NCBI GenBank assembly: GCA_044892525.1
Contig: CM097885.1
Coordinates: forward strand, 5,334,001-5,398,000
DNA length: 64,000 bases
Source of the DNA: Schmidtea polychroa
Taxonomy: Eukaryota
Direction of reading: 5' to 3'
Below the pieces are notes generated by a model. That model was not told where the DNA came from. It ran no database searches and saw only the letters and a list, made by a program, of their open reading frames with translations. Of the stretch, positions 13,660 through 35,099 are shown in pieces. Positions within the stretch are counted from its first letter, which is position 1, and each line of letters begins with the position of its first letter. The position numbers were made by a program, and so were the translations under genes.

Positions 13660-14945
13660 CTGGCGGGCTCACACTTTTTTTCATCCCAAAAATTAATGTT
13701 CCCACCAACGGATTTTATTGGACGATACCTCATCTTAAAGCCCAGTGCAAGACCTTTCGATTGATTCATAGAAGGTATCATCATCATTATTATTGACAAA
13801 GTTATTAACAATTGATGACCACCATCTTTTCAACGTTAAATTATTATTATTATTCAAAATATTATTAATTGGCCGGGCGGTGACATACTTTTTCTCATCC
13901 CAAAAATTAATGTTCCCACCAACGGATTGGACGATACCTCATTTTAAAGCCCAATGCAAGACCTTTCGATTGATTCATAGAAGGTATCATCATCATTATT
14001 ATTGACAAAGTTATTAACAATTGATGACCACCATCTTTTCAACGTTAAATTATTATTATTATTCAAAATATTATTAATTGGCCGGGCGGGGACATACTTT
14101 TTCTCATCCCAAAAATTAATGTTCCCATTATCCGAATTTATTAATCGATAGCTTATTTTGAAGCGTAGTCTAAGACCTTTCAATTGAGCCATAGAAGGTA
14201 TCATCATCATTAACATCGGCAAAGTTATTAAAGTTTTACCGAGACCATTTTTCAAGGTCATTTATTTTTCAAAATATTATTTTCAAGGTCAAGGTCAAGG
14301 TCATTTATTTTTTTCAAGGTCATTTATTTTTTTTCAAGGTCATTTATTTTTTCAAGGTCATTTATTTTTTCAAGGTCATTTATTTTTTCAAGGTCATTTA
14401 TTTTTTCAAGGTCATATTTTAAAATTTAAATGTACAGAGTTCCCGACAACGATAATTATTCAACGATAGCTCATTTTAAAGCCCAATGCAAGACCTTTCG
14501 ATTGATTCATAGAAGGTATCATCATCATTATTATTGACAAAGTTATTAACAATTGATGACCACCATCTTTTCAACGTTAAATTATTATTATTATTCAAAA
14601 TATTATTAATTGGCCGGGCGGTGACATACTTTTTCTCATCCCAAAAATTAATGTTCCCACCAACGGATTTTATTGGACGATACCTCATTTTAAAGCCCAA
14701 TGCAAGACCTTTCGAATGAGCTAATGAAGGTATCATCATCATTATTATTGACAAAGTTATTAACATTTTACCAAAAATCATTTTCAAGGTCATATAATTA
14801 TTAAGTGGTCTGGCGGGCCCCTACTCTTTTTCATCCCAAAAATTAATGTTCCCATTATCCGAATTTATTGGACGATACCTCATCTTAAAGCTCAGTCCAA
14901 GACCTTTCGAATGAGCCATAGAAGGTATCATCATCATTAATATTA
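13660..14945 (+). repeat. Subterminal ~210 bp repeats of the Maverick arm (mirror copy at ~26870-28155)
   Basis: Anchor TCATCCCAAAAATT at 13681, 13895, 14104, 14636, 14831 and a diverged copy at 15725. Confidence 0.9.
14248..14415 (+). repeat. TCAAGGTCA-core 18-20 bp tandem array (second array 15010-15215; mirrors 26600-26805 and 27400-27570)
   Basis: TTTTCAAGGTCATTTA repeated directly in the sequence. Confidence 0.92.
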
Positions 14946-15256
14946 ACAAAGAGAATGACTCACCCAATGACTCACCCAACGATGTCTAATATTTTTAGAA
15001 CGATGACTCATCAAGGTCAAGGTCAAATTTTTAATAAAAGGTCAAGGTCATTTATTATTTTCAAGGTCATTTATTATTTTCAAGGTCATTTATTTTTTCA
15101 AGGTCATTTATTTTTTCAAGGTCATTTATTTTTTCAAGGTCATTTATTATTTTCAAGGTCATTTAATTTTCAAGGTCATTTACTTTTCAAGGTCATTTAA
15201 TTTTTCAAGGTCATTTATTAAAATAATTATTATTTTCTAAGTTTTTAGTTTCTAAG

Positions 15257-15350
<94 letters not shown>

Positions 15351-15545
15351 ATTATAATTATTATATACTCATAGTCTATCCGACAAGATATTCTGTCCCC
15401 CTATGGGTACTGCACACAAATGTACTACTCACATTCAACAAGTCACCAGGGTACTGCTCACAATCAACAACTCGCTAGGGTATTATTAGTATTATTAATA
15501 ATGACTAAGATATTTTCAAAGAATTATTATTACAACTCCCAAGAA

Positions 15546-15617
<72 letters not shown>

Positions 15618-15863
15618 CATGTATTTTTAGAACGATGACTCATTCGATGACTCATACGATGACACATAAATTATTATTATTTTTCAAAATATTATTAAGT
15701 GATCCAGCGGGGACCTACTTTTTTTCATCCCAAAAATTATTGTTCCCACCAACAGATTTTATTGATCTATAGCTCATTTTAAGGCCCAGTGCGAGATCTA
15801 TCTACTGATATATAAAAATTATTATCATCATTATTATTGGGAATGATATTAACACGCGCGGGA

Positions 15864-15922
<59 letters not shown>

Positions 15923-16441
15923 CATTATTAGTGAAAACCTAAAATATTTTTTTTACACACACACACACAACCCCTCAACCATTATTATTATTATCAATAT
16001 TAAAAACCTAAAATATTTTCTACACACACACACAACTCATTAACCATTATTATTATCATTATTAGTGAAAACCTAAAATATTTTTTACACACACACACAA
16101 CCCATTAACCATTATTATTATTATTATCAATATTAAAAACCTAAAATATTTTTACACACACACATACAACTCATTAAACTTATTATTATTATTATTATTA
16201 TTGCAAATATTAGTCAAAAACCTAAAATATTATTTACACTCACACAACCCACTAACAATTATTATTATCAATATTAGTGAAAACCTAAAATATTTTCTAC
16301 ACACACACACACACAACCCATTAACCATTATTATTATTGCAAATATTAGTCAAAAACATAAAAACACTCATAAACCATTATTATTATCAATATTCGTGAA
16401 AACCTCAAATATTTTTTACACACATATACAACCCATTAAAC

Positions 16442-16508
<67 letters not shown>

Positions 16509-19500
16509 GTGAAAAAACCTTAAATAATTTTTACACACTAAGTTATGGGGTAGAGTATTATTATATGTTTGCAGTATTCTGTGTTTGCCTTTACATGAAA
16601 TTTTCAATAAGGAGCGATAATTTTACACATACATTCTATATACACATACCTTGTTTAACATGGGTGTATATACTCCTAGTCTATCCGACAAGATATTCTG
16701 TCCCCCTATGGGTAATGGTAGCAAGGGTACTGGTCACACTCAACATATCGCAAGGGTATATTAATTAGGGTTAGTAAATAAAACTTATCACACACACTAT
16801 TTAAACGATAAAAATAAAGACAAGAGAGGACAAGGCAAAGTGTATGCATTTATTATTGCCAGGCCTAATGAGCAGTGACCAAATATCTGTGCCTGAAAGA
16901 CACGGTGGATATTTGTTCGCGTCCACAAGGGTCGTCTGTGCCTCCCCCAAGTGGGGTCAAAAGAACCTGGGCATTATAGTTTTCCGTATGGAACATTACG
17001 CCTAGCATGGGTAGTCAACTACCAGCACATTCGAAACGTATAATTTCAAAATACATGCGTCATTGGCACTATAACCAAATTAATTAATGTTTTCACTAAC
17101 ACAAATATATATTTACAGAGGCCTCCCACTAGTTGGATTACAACCGCCCACCACGACGATCAGCTTGTAAATATATATTAATTAAGGGATAAAGAGGACC
17201 CACCCAACCCTATTATATTTAATTTACAAATTTTTCTCGCTCTTCTGTTGGTAATCTATCTCAAAATTATCATCTCCATCAGGCCATTTGATAGTGATTT
17301 CATGGAATACATCTTGCAAATTGGACGTATTTCTTAGTTTCTGATGCGGCGTCCACTATCATTGCTAAAATTTATATTGATTTAAAAGCAATTAACTTAC
17401 ATTATCTAACATTTTATCGTCACAAATTAAATTCTGTCTGACTATTAGGCAACTGTTATTTGTGGTATACTTTTTCAATGTCATTTCCCACCATAAAACA
17501 CAGATACCTAAATATAATATATATATTTTAAAAGATTAATTCATGTCTTACATTAATAATAATATTCTTCAGGTATGACGAGTACTTTACTTAATTGCTA
17601 AAACGTCGATTTTTCCCATTTTTTCTTGACATTTGTTGAAAGTTTACATAATTTAAGTCTGATAATTCATGTTGAAGGACACCCCCAATCAGCTAATTCA
17701 TTTAAGAAATCCGGAACTATAACTCCTTTAGTGTTTCACCATTTTGTCTGGTTCAACTTCTTCATAATCCAATAATTCATGTTTTAATAAGAAATCTCTA
17801 AATCCAGAACATAAGTCTTTTAGTGTTTCACCATTTTGTCTGGTTCATCTTCTTCATAATCATATAATTCATTTTCTTCATTACTAAGTAAAATAATTAA
17901 AATATTTTAGTAAATTCTTTATTTACTTACTTTATGGATACTAAAACGAAAGAAATAACGTTATATCAGAATTATATTTAAATAATTTAAATTTAGTTAT
18001 TTAAACATATTTAAACACTTTAGTTATTTAAGCATATTTAAACATTAATATTATTATATAGTATAATTTTATATAATTTTATATAATATTATAATTTTAT
18101 GTATTGTAAATTTAATATATCCTTAATTTAATTTTTTAAATTCAAAAATTTATAATGAAGATTCTTTGAATTAAAAAATATTCTGTTAGTATTTCCAGGC
18201 AGAAAACAACGAATTCAATAATTAAAATCTTAATTTTCATGTTGTTAGGGTTGTGGCCAGAATTTAATCGCCATCTAATCGTTTGTTCTCAATTTCGCTC
18301 ATTTTTGTTCAAAACATTCAGGTGAGTTGTTATCTGGAAAGTTTCTTTCAGCTCAGTTTTGTTAAAACACTCACGGTATTTTTGAGGGACGTGACACTGG
18401 AAATAAATTAACAATGGGTGGTCATCCATACATGTTGTTGGTTTGAACTGTTGATTTATTTTAGAAATATGTATATTAAAAACATTTACGGTATCATTCA
18501 GTAAAATAATATAGTATTTTTTAGTTGATTTATAAATAACAGTATTTTGATATATCAATGAAGACCATATACTCCGAGTTTATCCGGCAAGATATTCTGT
18601 CCTCCTAAGGGTAATGGTAGCAAGGGTACTGGTCACATTCAATATGTCGCAATATTAATCATTTAGAAATTCTTAGGTAAGATAATCAGAAATTTGTGAA
18701 TATTTTAAATGTAACTTAACACTTATGTCGAGCGACTAATTTATTGGTTAACTTTGTAGTCATTTAAAGCAAAAATTAATTTATTCATCTAATGTTCGTT
18801 ACAATAGTTAATAATATGAGAAAAACATGGTCATTATTCATTGATAATTTTAAATTCTTTATCATTTGGAGTAAATTTGTTTGAGGCAAAAATATTTAAA
18901 GGAGTCATAATAGAAATATGGTTATCATTTAACCAAATAAGGTGCTTAGGGTTACAATTCTTTTCTAATTTAATTAGATGATCATTAGACGTAATATATC
19001 TTTGTGAGAAATATATGGTTAACATTTTTAAATAGGGAGTTTTGAGTAACTTTTACCAAAACATGGATATTTTGTGCGATCAATTTATGGATATTGCTTA
19101 AATTTCTCTTTTTTAGTCATTTAAAATAATATTTAGCAAAGGTAATTTATCAAAATATCACTTATCCATCCGATAACAATATTCCTTCAATAGATTAACT
19201 GATATTCAACCGATTTAATTTCTAGAAATCTAATTAAAATCATAAAATTCCTTCAATAAATATCAATTTTCTTTAGCTGTTGTCGATTTCCAACTTTTAA
19301 GTCAATATTTCTCAAGTTTTGTCAACGATATCCCCAAAATGAATAAAATAACTTCTTAAATAAAAATAATTTAAAGCAATAGCCTTTGATATCAATCCCA
19401 ATTAATTCTAAAGATTTCAAATATTTCATTGTCAAAACCAAGTAAATTGATCATTAACCCTAAAAGACTTAATAAAACAGTGGATAATTAATAAAAAACT

Positions 19501-21195
19501 GGTTCTAAAACATAAATCTAAATTACTGTGCAATAACATTCATCACAACCTAATAAACCTCTAAAACGATATATTTTCACAGGAACTATTATTAATTCAT
19601 AGCTAAATACTGACTATTTCCCTTTAAAATTTTACCAATAAGAACATTGTCGATTTAAATAGAGATTTCAAACATTTCCACCATAACCGATTCCTCACCA
19701 AATATTTCTACCATTTTAAACACCCCCTTAAAAATCATATATTACCATTTTAACTGAACCTTCACTAATTCCATCCGGCTATAATATATCAGCTCTTTAA
19801 TATATCAATTCTCTTAAAATCCATAGAAAATTCTTCAAAATATGAATTGTATTTAATTGTTACAGACATTCTTCCATTGAAATAATTTAGTAGCTAAATT
19901 CAAAGAGTCCACTAAAAGATCAAAATTCATTAAAATAAATATTTAACCACATGTATCATCAAATACCTAACTAGAGATGATAATATCTCATTGATTGATC
20001 ATAATTCTTCATCGATTCAACTAATTATAGCCATTACAACATGATATATCTTTCAAACTAAATTTCAGTATATTTTACAATAATTTTCAAGCAGATTTCA
20101 AATATATCATCATCATGAAAAAATTAGCTGGTTTCAACTTTAGATTTTCAATATTTTAAAGTTCATCAATGTGTAAATATTCTTAGAAAAATATATGAAA
20201 AATTATTTAGTCAAATTATCATTACAAAGTCATCATCAAAATTAATTTTTATTTAAAATTTAAAAACAAGTCAATAAAACATAGCAAATTATCAAGAAAT
20301 TAATTAAATTTATCTTAGAATTAACACTAAACCTTAAATATTCTTTCAATTAACATAAAATTCACAAAAAATGTTAGTAAAATCCCGCTAACTCTAAAAA
20401 ATTACCAATGAATTTATTGCCAAATAATAACCAAATATTTGTCTAAATAAAACACAACAGTACCTTTACGACCAGTACCCTTACGAGCAGTACCAATTGT
20501 GAACAGTACCCATAGAGGGAGAAAATATCTGGTCGGATAGATTATATATAATAAAACGAATTAACAATAACTCCATCAAATTGAATCAGTCAAATTATCA
20601 CAAATTTTAATACCAAATCTTATTCTAAAATGGTAAGCAGCATAATATCGAAAGATAATTTTGATAACACAGAGATAAAATTAACAATATTATCCTCAGG
20701 TGGTAAGAATCATCATTATTCTATGATTAATTAATAATGAAATTCAAAAAAGTGAAAATAAGTGTTTAAATTATTCATTAATGGTATGTAAATGTAAATA
20801 TAGCGAGAAGTGGCGTAGATAAGATGGAAATTTATTAATTGCATTTATTTAAAATTATTTCATGAAATTCATAAAATTTATAAAAATGATCACTTTAATA
20901 AAAAAGATTTAATAAAATTTTCAAAGAAATATTTGTTGGGAGGATTATTGGAAAATCGGGGGCTATAAGTGATGAAGATATATAAAATTATTTCTAATAT
21001 ATGAGTTACTAACGAATTAAAATATTTTAATAATGGGATAAAAATTTATTTTTATAAAGTATTTAATCCACAAATGACAAACATACATAACAAATGTTAT
21101 TTGACTGAGCAATTATGATAAATTCATATTTTAAATTTGATTAACTACTTTAATATTGAAATAATAATTATTATATTTACTATTTATCACTAAAT

Positions 21196-28270
<7,075 letters not shown>

Positions 28271-30246
28271 ATTTACACCTAATTTCGAAATTTAGTAACT
28301 TCTATAATCTAAAAAAAAATTAATAAATTTATACTATAGGAACACACAATCTTACCTGTGTGTAGAAATTTATTGTTCCGAAATTTAATAACTTTATTAT
28401 AGGATTTGTGAAGGTGAGAGAATAATAATTGAACATACCAACACAAAACATGAATGCAAATTTATTATAGCTTTTTTTGTTCCGAAATAAATAACCATTA
28501 ATATATTGTTAAAATATAATTATTTTGAAATTATTAAAAGATTTTGTAAGAAAATACTTTTAATTTAGAATCCGACAGCTAGAGAACACTAGAGAAAAAA
28601 AAGAAAATACATCGTAAAATTCAATTATAAAATAATTTAGAATATAAACTTTCTTTAGATTTACAGATATTTCAAAGGACACACTGTCTTTTCGCGAAGG
28701 TGGAAATCTGACAATGTAAGATTTATTCATAAAATTACAAAACATTAGAATTTTCAGAAAAAAATTCACAATTCGTAAATTTAAATAAATTATTTTAATA
28801 AATTAATATTTTCATAGATATACAGAAAATGACAAAATTCAGCCTTTCCTTCTTTCCTAATTGTATTAAAAAAATAAATGTCTTCGGTGATTAGTTAATT
28901 TATTTATAATCAAAAATATATTTAACTTACATTTTATCGAAATAATTCCAAATAAATTCATAAAATATCAAAATTCCTAAAAAAACACCTGAAATTTAAT
29001 TATCAATATGTTATATTATAAATGCTGACTAAAAGTAATATTTAAGAACTTGAATAATGATCTCATAATTTTATAAAATCAAGATTCAAGTCTTAAAGTT
29101 TCATCATCTTTCACCATCTTTCATCAATTCACAATATTGAAATGACCACTTTGGAAAACCGCAATAATAAAGTAGTGCTGAAAATGTGTGTTAAATATAA
29201 AATATTGATCTATAGTTGACAAGAAAATGAAGATGAAGGAAATCTCATTATGAAGTTTCCTTGTGAATGATACAGGAACTAAATGAGGTATCAGAATAAT
29301 TAATTGCTTTATTATTTATGATAAATGTTTTTTATTTTTATCCTAATATTTTGTTTTTGATAATACTATCATCCCCATTACTTCTTTTATAAAGAAAAAG
29401 CATTTTTTTTCTGTATTAATAATCAAGCAATTTTATCAAGAGGACTTTTATTAAAATGTTGATCCCCTACTTTATTTTAAAAAATCACAAAATCGCACCC
29501 GTAAACAAATAACTAATAAATTTGGTTATTTGAATTTTCCAAAATTTATTTATTACTATTTTCAGTAAATTCTTTTATCTATTTTTCAACCTTTGGAATT
29601 TCATTTATTTTTATTCTGATTTCGATTACGAATCAACGTCTTTTCAATTTAGCACAAATTTTCTGCACTGCTTTCTCAAGTGTGATTGGTACTTATTATT
29701 TATTACCAAAATTTAAATTCTTTTCTTTTTGAGTTTTACTATAAATTTAATTTCGAATTCTTGAAAAAATGTTTTATTTTGATTAATATTATCGATTTCA
29801 ACCAATGAGAAGAGAGAAAAGGAAAATAAAAATGAAGATTAAAAAGCATATGAAAATTGAAACAGCTATATTCCTAGAAATTGATAAAGACTATTTTTAT
29901 AATCGAAAATTATTTCATTTATTATCATTTATATTATCATTTATTTGTTTAGTATTATTACTGATTGTTAGTTATTATACTATTAGTATTTATAACATCC
30001 ATAATTAAATAATAATATTTATTTAATTGAAAAACAATAAAATTATTTTACACTATTTAAACATATCTTCATTAGGATTTTTATTCAACGTCGACTAATG
30101 TAACCATAAGGAATTTGCATACCACAGCAATACACAGCATACATTCAATTCAATATATATTTTATTTTTATTGATTTAATTATTTATTTAATTACAGTTT
30201 CACAATGATCATAATAATTATTATTATATATTTTTAGTATTTATTA

Positions 30247-30291
<45 letters not shown>

Positions 30292-30725
30292 GAAATGATT
30301 TTAATGAAATAATTGATTATATATGTATGGATAAGGAAATAATACCAAAATTTGCCCAGTCATCCGAAACTAGTTATCCTCGCTTCACTAAAGTTATAAA
30401 AATATTTCGCTTTGGTAAAAAATCAGTGAATGAGAAAATCGTAAACAGAAAAAAATATCAAATTAATCTCTAATTCTTATCTACTATTACAAATCTTATA
30501 CAAATTGACATTAACGGCGACTAGCAAACCCATTTAATTGTAGAAAATATTTGCCGAATAAAATCAAAAAAAAACATTCTAAAAACCAAATTTATTAATA
30601 ATATTCGTACATAACTTGAAAATTGAAATTTTTTCTTGAGGTAGAAGTCCAAAAACACAGATTTTTTAGCACAGCTAAACATGTCTTCCAAAACAAATTT
30701 CAAATGAGTAAAAATAAGACAATGC

Positions 30726-31083
<358 letters not shown>

Positions 31084-32225
31084 ATCTAATTTAGATGAAT
31101 ACTATATACAGTTGATGAGCCCGAAAAGTTACAGTTACAAGTGATATGATCAGAAAATCCTTGGAGACTGAACATGATTGCATCATATGTATTGAAGACA
31201 TTCAAAGAACAAGTTGACTAGACCTTCTGATGAGTCTGATTGGAAGTCATTGCACAAAACTGATAGAATTAACAACTATCTATAGCCAATAAGTAAAACA
31301 CTGATGAAAATGAGCTTGAATGAACATCGAAGACTGTAAGAACTTTGTTGAAATATTATTTGATTTTCTTTGACTTCGAAACTTGTTTCCAAATTTTTTT
31401 CATTATTGCTGTTTATGTAAGGAACATTTTTTGGTGGTCGTTTCTGTGATTTAGTATGGGAACTGTTCTGACGGTGTGATGGTAACGTATCTGTTCCATA
31501 TAGGATTAATGACCAATTGATAAGGGTTACTAAACATATCAATTAACTCGATCTCATCATATATATATATATACATATTAATGTAAAAAGTTGAAAATTA
31601 TACATTAAGAAAATTTACTATAAATTTACTATAAAATTTAATTTATAAATAATTTTTTTTTCTTTTTTTTTCTTTTCCTTTTTCAAAAGATTTATATTTG
31701 ATATTATCTGGAGGTTGGCATTTAGACATGTAAGGATTAGGTAATTTTCTGTATTATTAGTGTAACTTAATCCCGTTTCTAGGAGCTGACAAATAGGGTA
31801 ATTGTCCTGGACTCGTGGGCCCAGAAAACCATAGAGGGTGCCAATCTAATGGCATTTTTTAAAGAAAACTCGCTCACCAAATAGTTGTAATGCTTAAATG
31901 ATAAATATAAACCTCCTACACAAGAATATTTCTACTATTTCATTGTAATTTATACTTATTCGATAAGTGAAAAAATTTATTTGGATTCGCTATCGTTTGA
32001 TGTTGGTTTGTATATTAGCCAGTAATTAGCCACCACCACATGAAAGAGGATAAGATCCTAAGAGACAACGAAGGTCAAGTGCTTAGACTAAACCTATCAC
32101 AATCAATTAGACATCAGGCATTAGGTGATTATGATGTTGGTGAGATCTTTGGGGGCTCCAAATTTAACTCTTGCCTTAGGCACTAAAATACCCTCCTACA
32201 GCCTTGATATAAATTACTGTAGGAA

Positions 32226-32309
32226 GGGACCCGACAAAGACGCGCAATAAAAAAAACAAAAAAAATATTTATTAAGCAAAAAAAAACATTAAAATTAGTA
32301 AGTAGAATA

Positions 32310-32402
<93 letters not shown>

Positions 32403-34700
32403 GATAATAATTATATTTAAATTTCTAAATTATGTGCCAATCTTCTTAAATACTCTAGCTTATCCATATTACCGCATAAAGGTCTGCAGTTTTCATTTAA
32501 TTTTATGTATTTACATTTGGAAGCATTTGGTCGCCTGAAGCCTGCCTTGTGTTTTTCCATTAAGACATACGAGAACCACAGAGGATTCTACCAATAACCC
32601 AAGAACAAAGTCAGAGAACGGATGATAGTGCCAGCATCCCTAAAAGAGCACTCTAGAAGATTTACAACACCATATAACAGCATGCCTGTTATATTTTGAC
32701 TAACATACTAGTTATGTTATGTTATTTTTCATTAATAAATTTTTGTACTTCCTGTATGAAATGTTTACAAATTTTATCAACTGAGGGATGGATACCATTA
32801 ATAGTTTGTTGGAATGAACGGTGGCACGCTTCTACTGAATAATTGGTGCGAGGAAGGTGTTCAACGACTGTACTTCTTATATCCCATATATGAATTGGAA
32901 ACTTTGGAGACGCGCGTCGGTTTCTTCTTAAACGCCTAATGTAGCTGTCTTCCCAGTAATCTAATAATTTCGTCATCAGAGTTGGACAGCTGTCGATCAA
33001 ATCTTCAAATGCATCAGTAGCATCAGCTATTGGAAAGGAACTAAGTGCAAGCATCATTTTAATATTTGAATTTTTCGCCAAAGCTTCTGACCTAGTTGAA
33101 ATAAACACCTAAATCTCGATTCAATAAAGACTGTCCAACATGCATTTTTGGTTGCCTTTTCGAAGTCTGACATCATATAAGACGGATCTAGCGTTGGCTT
33201 CACTTCCTTCAGCTTGCCCATTATTCTTGTATCACTTTCGTTAGATTTATCAAGAAGCAGGACATAGACGAACGGTACAATAGATGCATCGATCAGCGCA
33301 TGAACCGCTAAAGCTTGCAAAAAATAGTAGGCACAACTTTAAACGTTTCATCTCTAAACCTATGCTTATGTTCTTGTAGAAGGTAATTATTCGGATTAGT
33401 CCCAAACATCAAAATTCTTCTCGTGTTATCAGCGCTGAAGTCCCAGAGCAAGAATTCTTCAAAGAAATAGGAATTAGAATATCAGCGAACGAATTCTTTC
33501 GTTGTCACTCAATTGTACATTGGGAAGCTTTATATTCTGGTAGTTTACATGATGTCCCGCTGTAGTTTTATTTTATGATCTGGTGGGCTGTTTCAGCAGT
33601 TGTTGTTGCCCTTTATCGTATTTCGTTTGCGATCTTCATTGCTTCATTTTGATTTGGACCTATCGCCTCATTATGCTCCGTGACAACCGCAACTACATCC
33701 TTTCGGCTTATCCTCATACGCCAAGAACAACCTTTTCTTGGACATTTTTAAGACGCGCCTCCACCAGCCAGTACCTTATCTTTGCGATACCGATATCCGT
33801 AATGCAAAATATCTTTCTTGTCCATTTGTGATTTAACTTCGTCCGTGACTAAAATAAATACTAATTACTCATTATCTAAATATATATTATTTTATGAAAT
33901 TTGCGATAGCAGTTGTTAATTAACTGGGTGAAACTATGCAGCATCATCAATTTCAACCGGACTCATGTGGTAATTATATTACTATTGATAGAGCTCTCCA
34001 CAAGGCAAAATAAATAGAATCTTTCATTTTATTCAATTTTATAATTTTGATTCGCGCGGCAATGTCGGGACTGGTTTGCATGGCGGCTTTGCCAGGCGGG
34101 TTTGTCAGGTGGGTTTGTCAGGCGTGTTTGTCAGGCGTGTTTGTCAGGCGGGTTTGTCAGGCGGGTTTGTCAGGCGGGTTTGTCAGGCGGGTTTGTCAGG
34201 CGGGTTTGTCAGGCGGGTTTGCATGGCGGCTTTGCATGGCGGCTTTGCCAGGCGGGTTTGTCAGGCGGGTTTGTCAGGCGGGTTTGTCAGGCGGGTTTGT
34301 CAGGCGGGTTTGTCAGGCGGGTTTGTCAGGCGGGTTTGTCAGGCGGGTTTGCATGGCGGGTTTGCCAGGCGGGTTTGTCAGGCGGGTTTGTCAGGCGGAT
34401 TTGCCAGGCGGATTTGCCAGGCGGATTTGCCAGGCGAATTTGCCAGGCGGATTTGCCAGGCGGATTTGCCAGGCGGATTTGCCAGGCGGATTTGCCAGGC
34501 GGATTTGCCAGGCGGGTTTGCCAGGCGGGTTTGCCAGGCGGGTTTGCCAGGCGGGTTTGCCAGGCGGGTTTGTCAGGCGGTTTGTCAGGCGGGCTTGCCG
34601 GGCGGGTTTGCCGGGCGGGTTTGCCGGGCGGGTTTGCCGGGTGGGTTTGCCGGGAGGGTTTGTCAGGCGGTTTTTTTCGGTACGGCTTTGTTGGAGTACC
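32226..34700 (-). mobile_element. Decayed Mutator-like (MULE) element with 10 bp TSD
   Basis: ACTGTAGGAA at 32216-32225 and 34701-34710. Imperfect TIRs GGGACCCGACAAAGACG / GGTACTCCAACAAAGCCG. Frameshifted transposase pieces (DETFKVVP, VPFVYVLLLDKS, MSDFEKA, RTNYSVEACHRSF) at ~32430-33850. Confidence 0.85.
34073..34672 (+). repeat. GC-rich 13 bp tandem array (GGCGGGTTTGTCA and variants), about 45 copies
   Basis: Direct reading; variant blocks TGTCA, TGCCA, GGATTTG, GCCGG. It produces the spurious ORFs at 34047-34753. Confidence 0.95.
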
Positions 34701-34902
34701 ACTGTAGGAATATAACATATAAATCTCAATTATTAATAAGTTACTTTAATTAAATTAATATATAAAAATGATATTGTTTGATAAATTTTAATAGTTCTTT
34801 ATAACTTATGTAAAATGAATTTTGATATTAATTGGGTCCTTCTGTATTACTTTTTCATATAGGTATTCATACAGATATAATTCATATAGATATTTATTTA
34901 TA

Positions 34903-35099
34903 TAGGGTGCACAGAGCGCCAAAACAATAATTGCCTAGGGTGCACAGAGCGCCAAAACAATAATTGCCTAGGGTCCACAGAGCGCCAAAACAATAATTGC
35001 CTAGGGTGCACAGAGCGCCAAAACAATAATTGCCTAGGGTCCACAGAGCGCCAAAACAATAATTGCCTAGGGTGATTAGGGCGCCTAGAACCGGCACTG
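34903..35099. repeat. 33 bp tandem repeat x5 ending in a hAT-like terminus
   Basis: CTAGGGTGCACAGAGCGCCAAAACAATAATTGC five times, then ...GAACCGGCACTG (CAGTGCCGG on minus). Partner end and TSD not established. Confidence 0.7.

Larger units (their letters stand above)
13548..20581 (+). repeat. Left arm of giant inverted repeat (7,034 bp)
   Basis: Reverse complement of 21196-28270. The ORF track mirrors it (e.g. 18834-19025 minus = 22752-22943 plus). Identity ends at ...CTCCATCAAAT 20581. Confidence 0.97.

Noticed and set aside
13793..14793. 105 aa ORFs (and mirrors 27023-27872) as proteins
   Set aside because: They are readings of the ~210 bp subterminal repeat; no recognisable domain and frames are not kept between units.
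31222..31260. CTGATGAG as a hammerhead core
   Set aside because: No stem II followed by GAAA downstream.
34047..34753. 200+ aa ORFs in several frames
   Set aside because: Artefact of a stop-free 13 bp GC-rich repeat.
34903..35070. CRISPR-like array
   Set aside because: 33 bp units are contiguous with no unique spacers, the context is eukaryotic and there are no cas genes.
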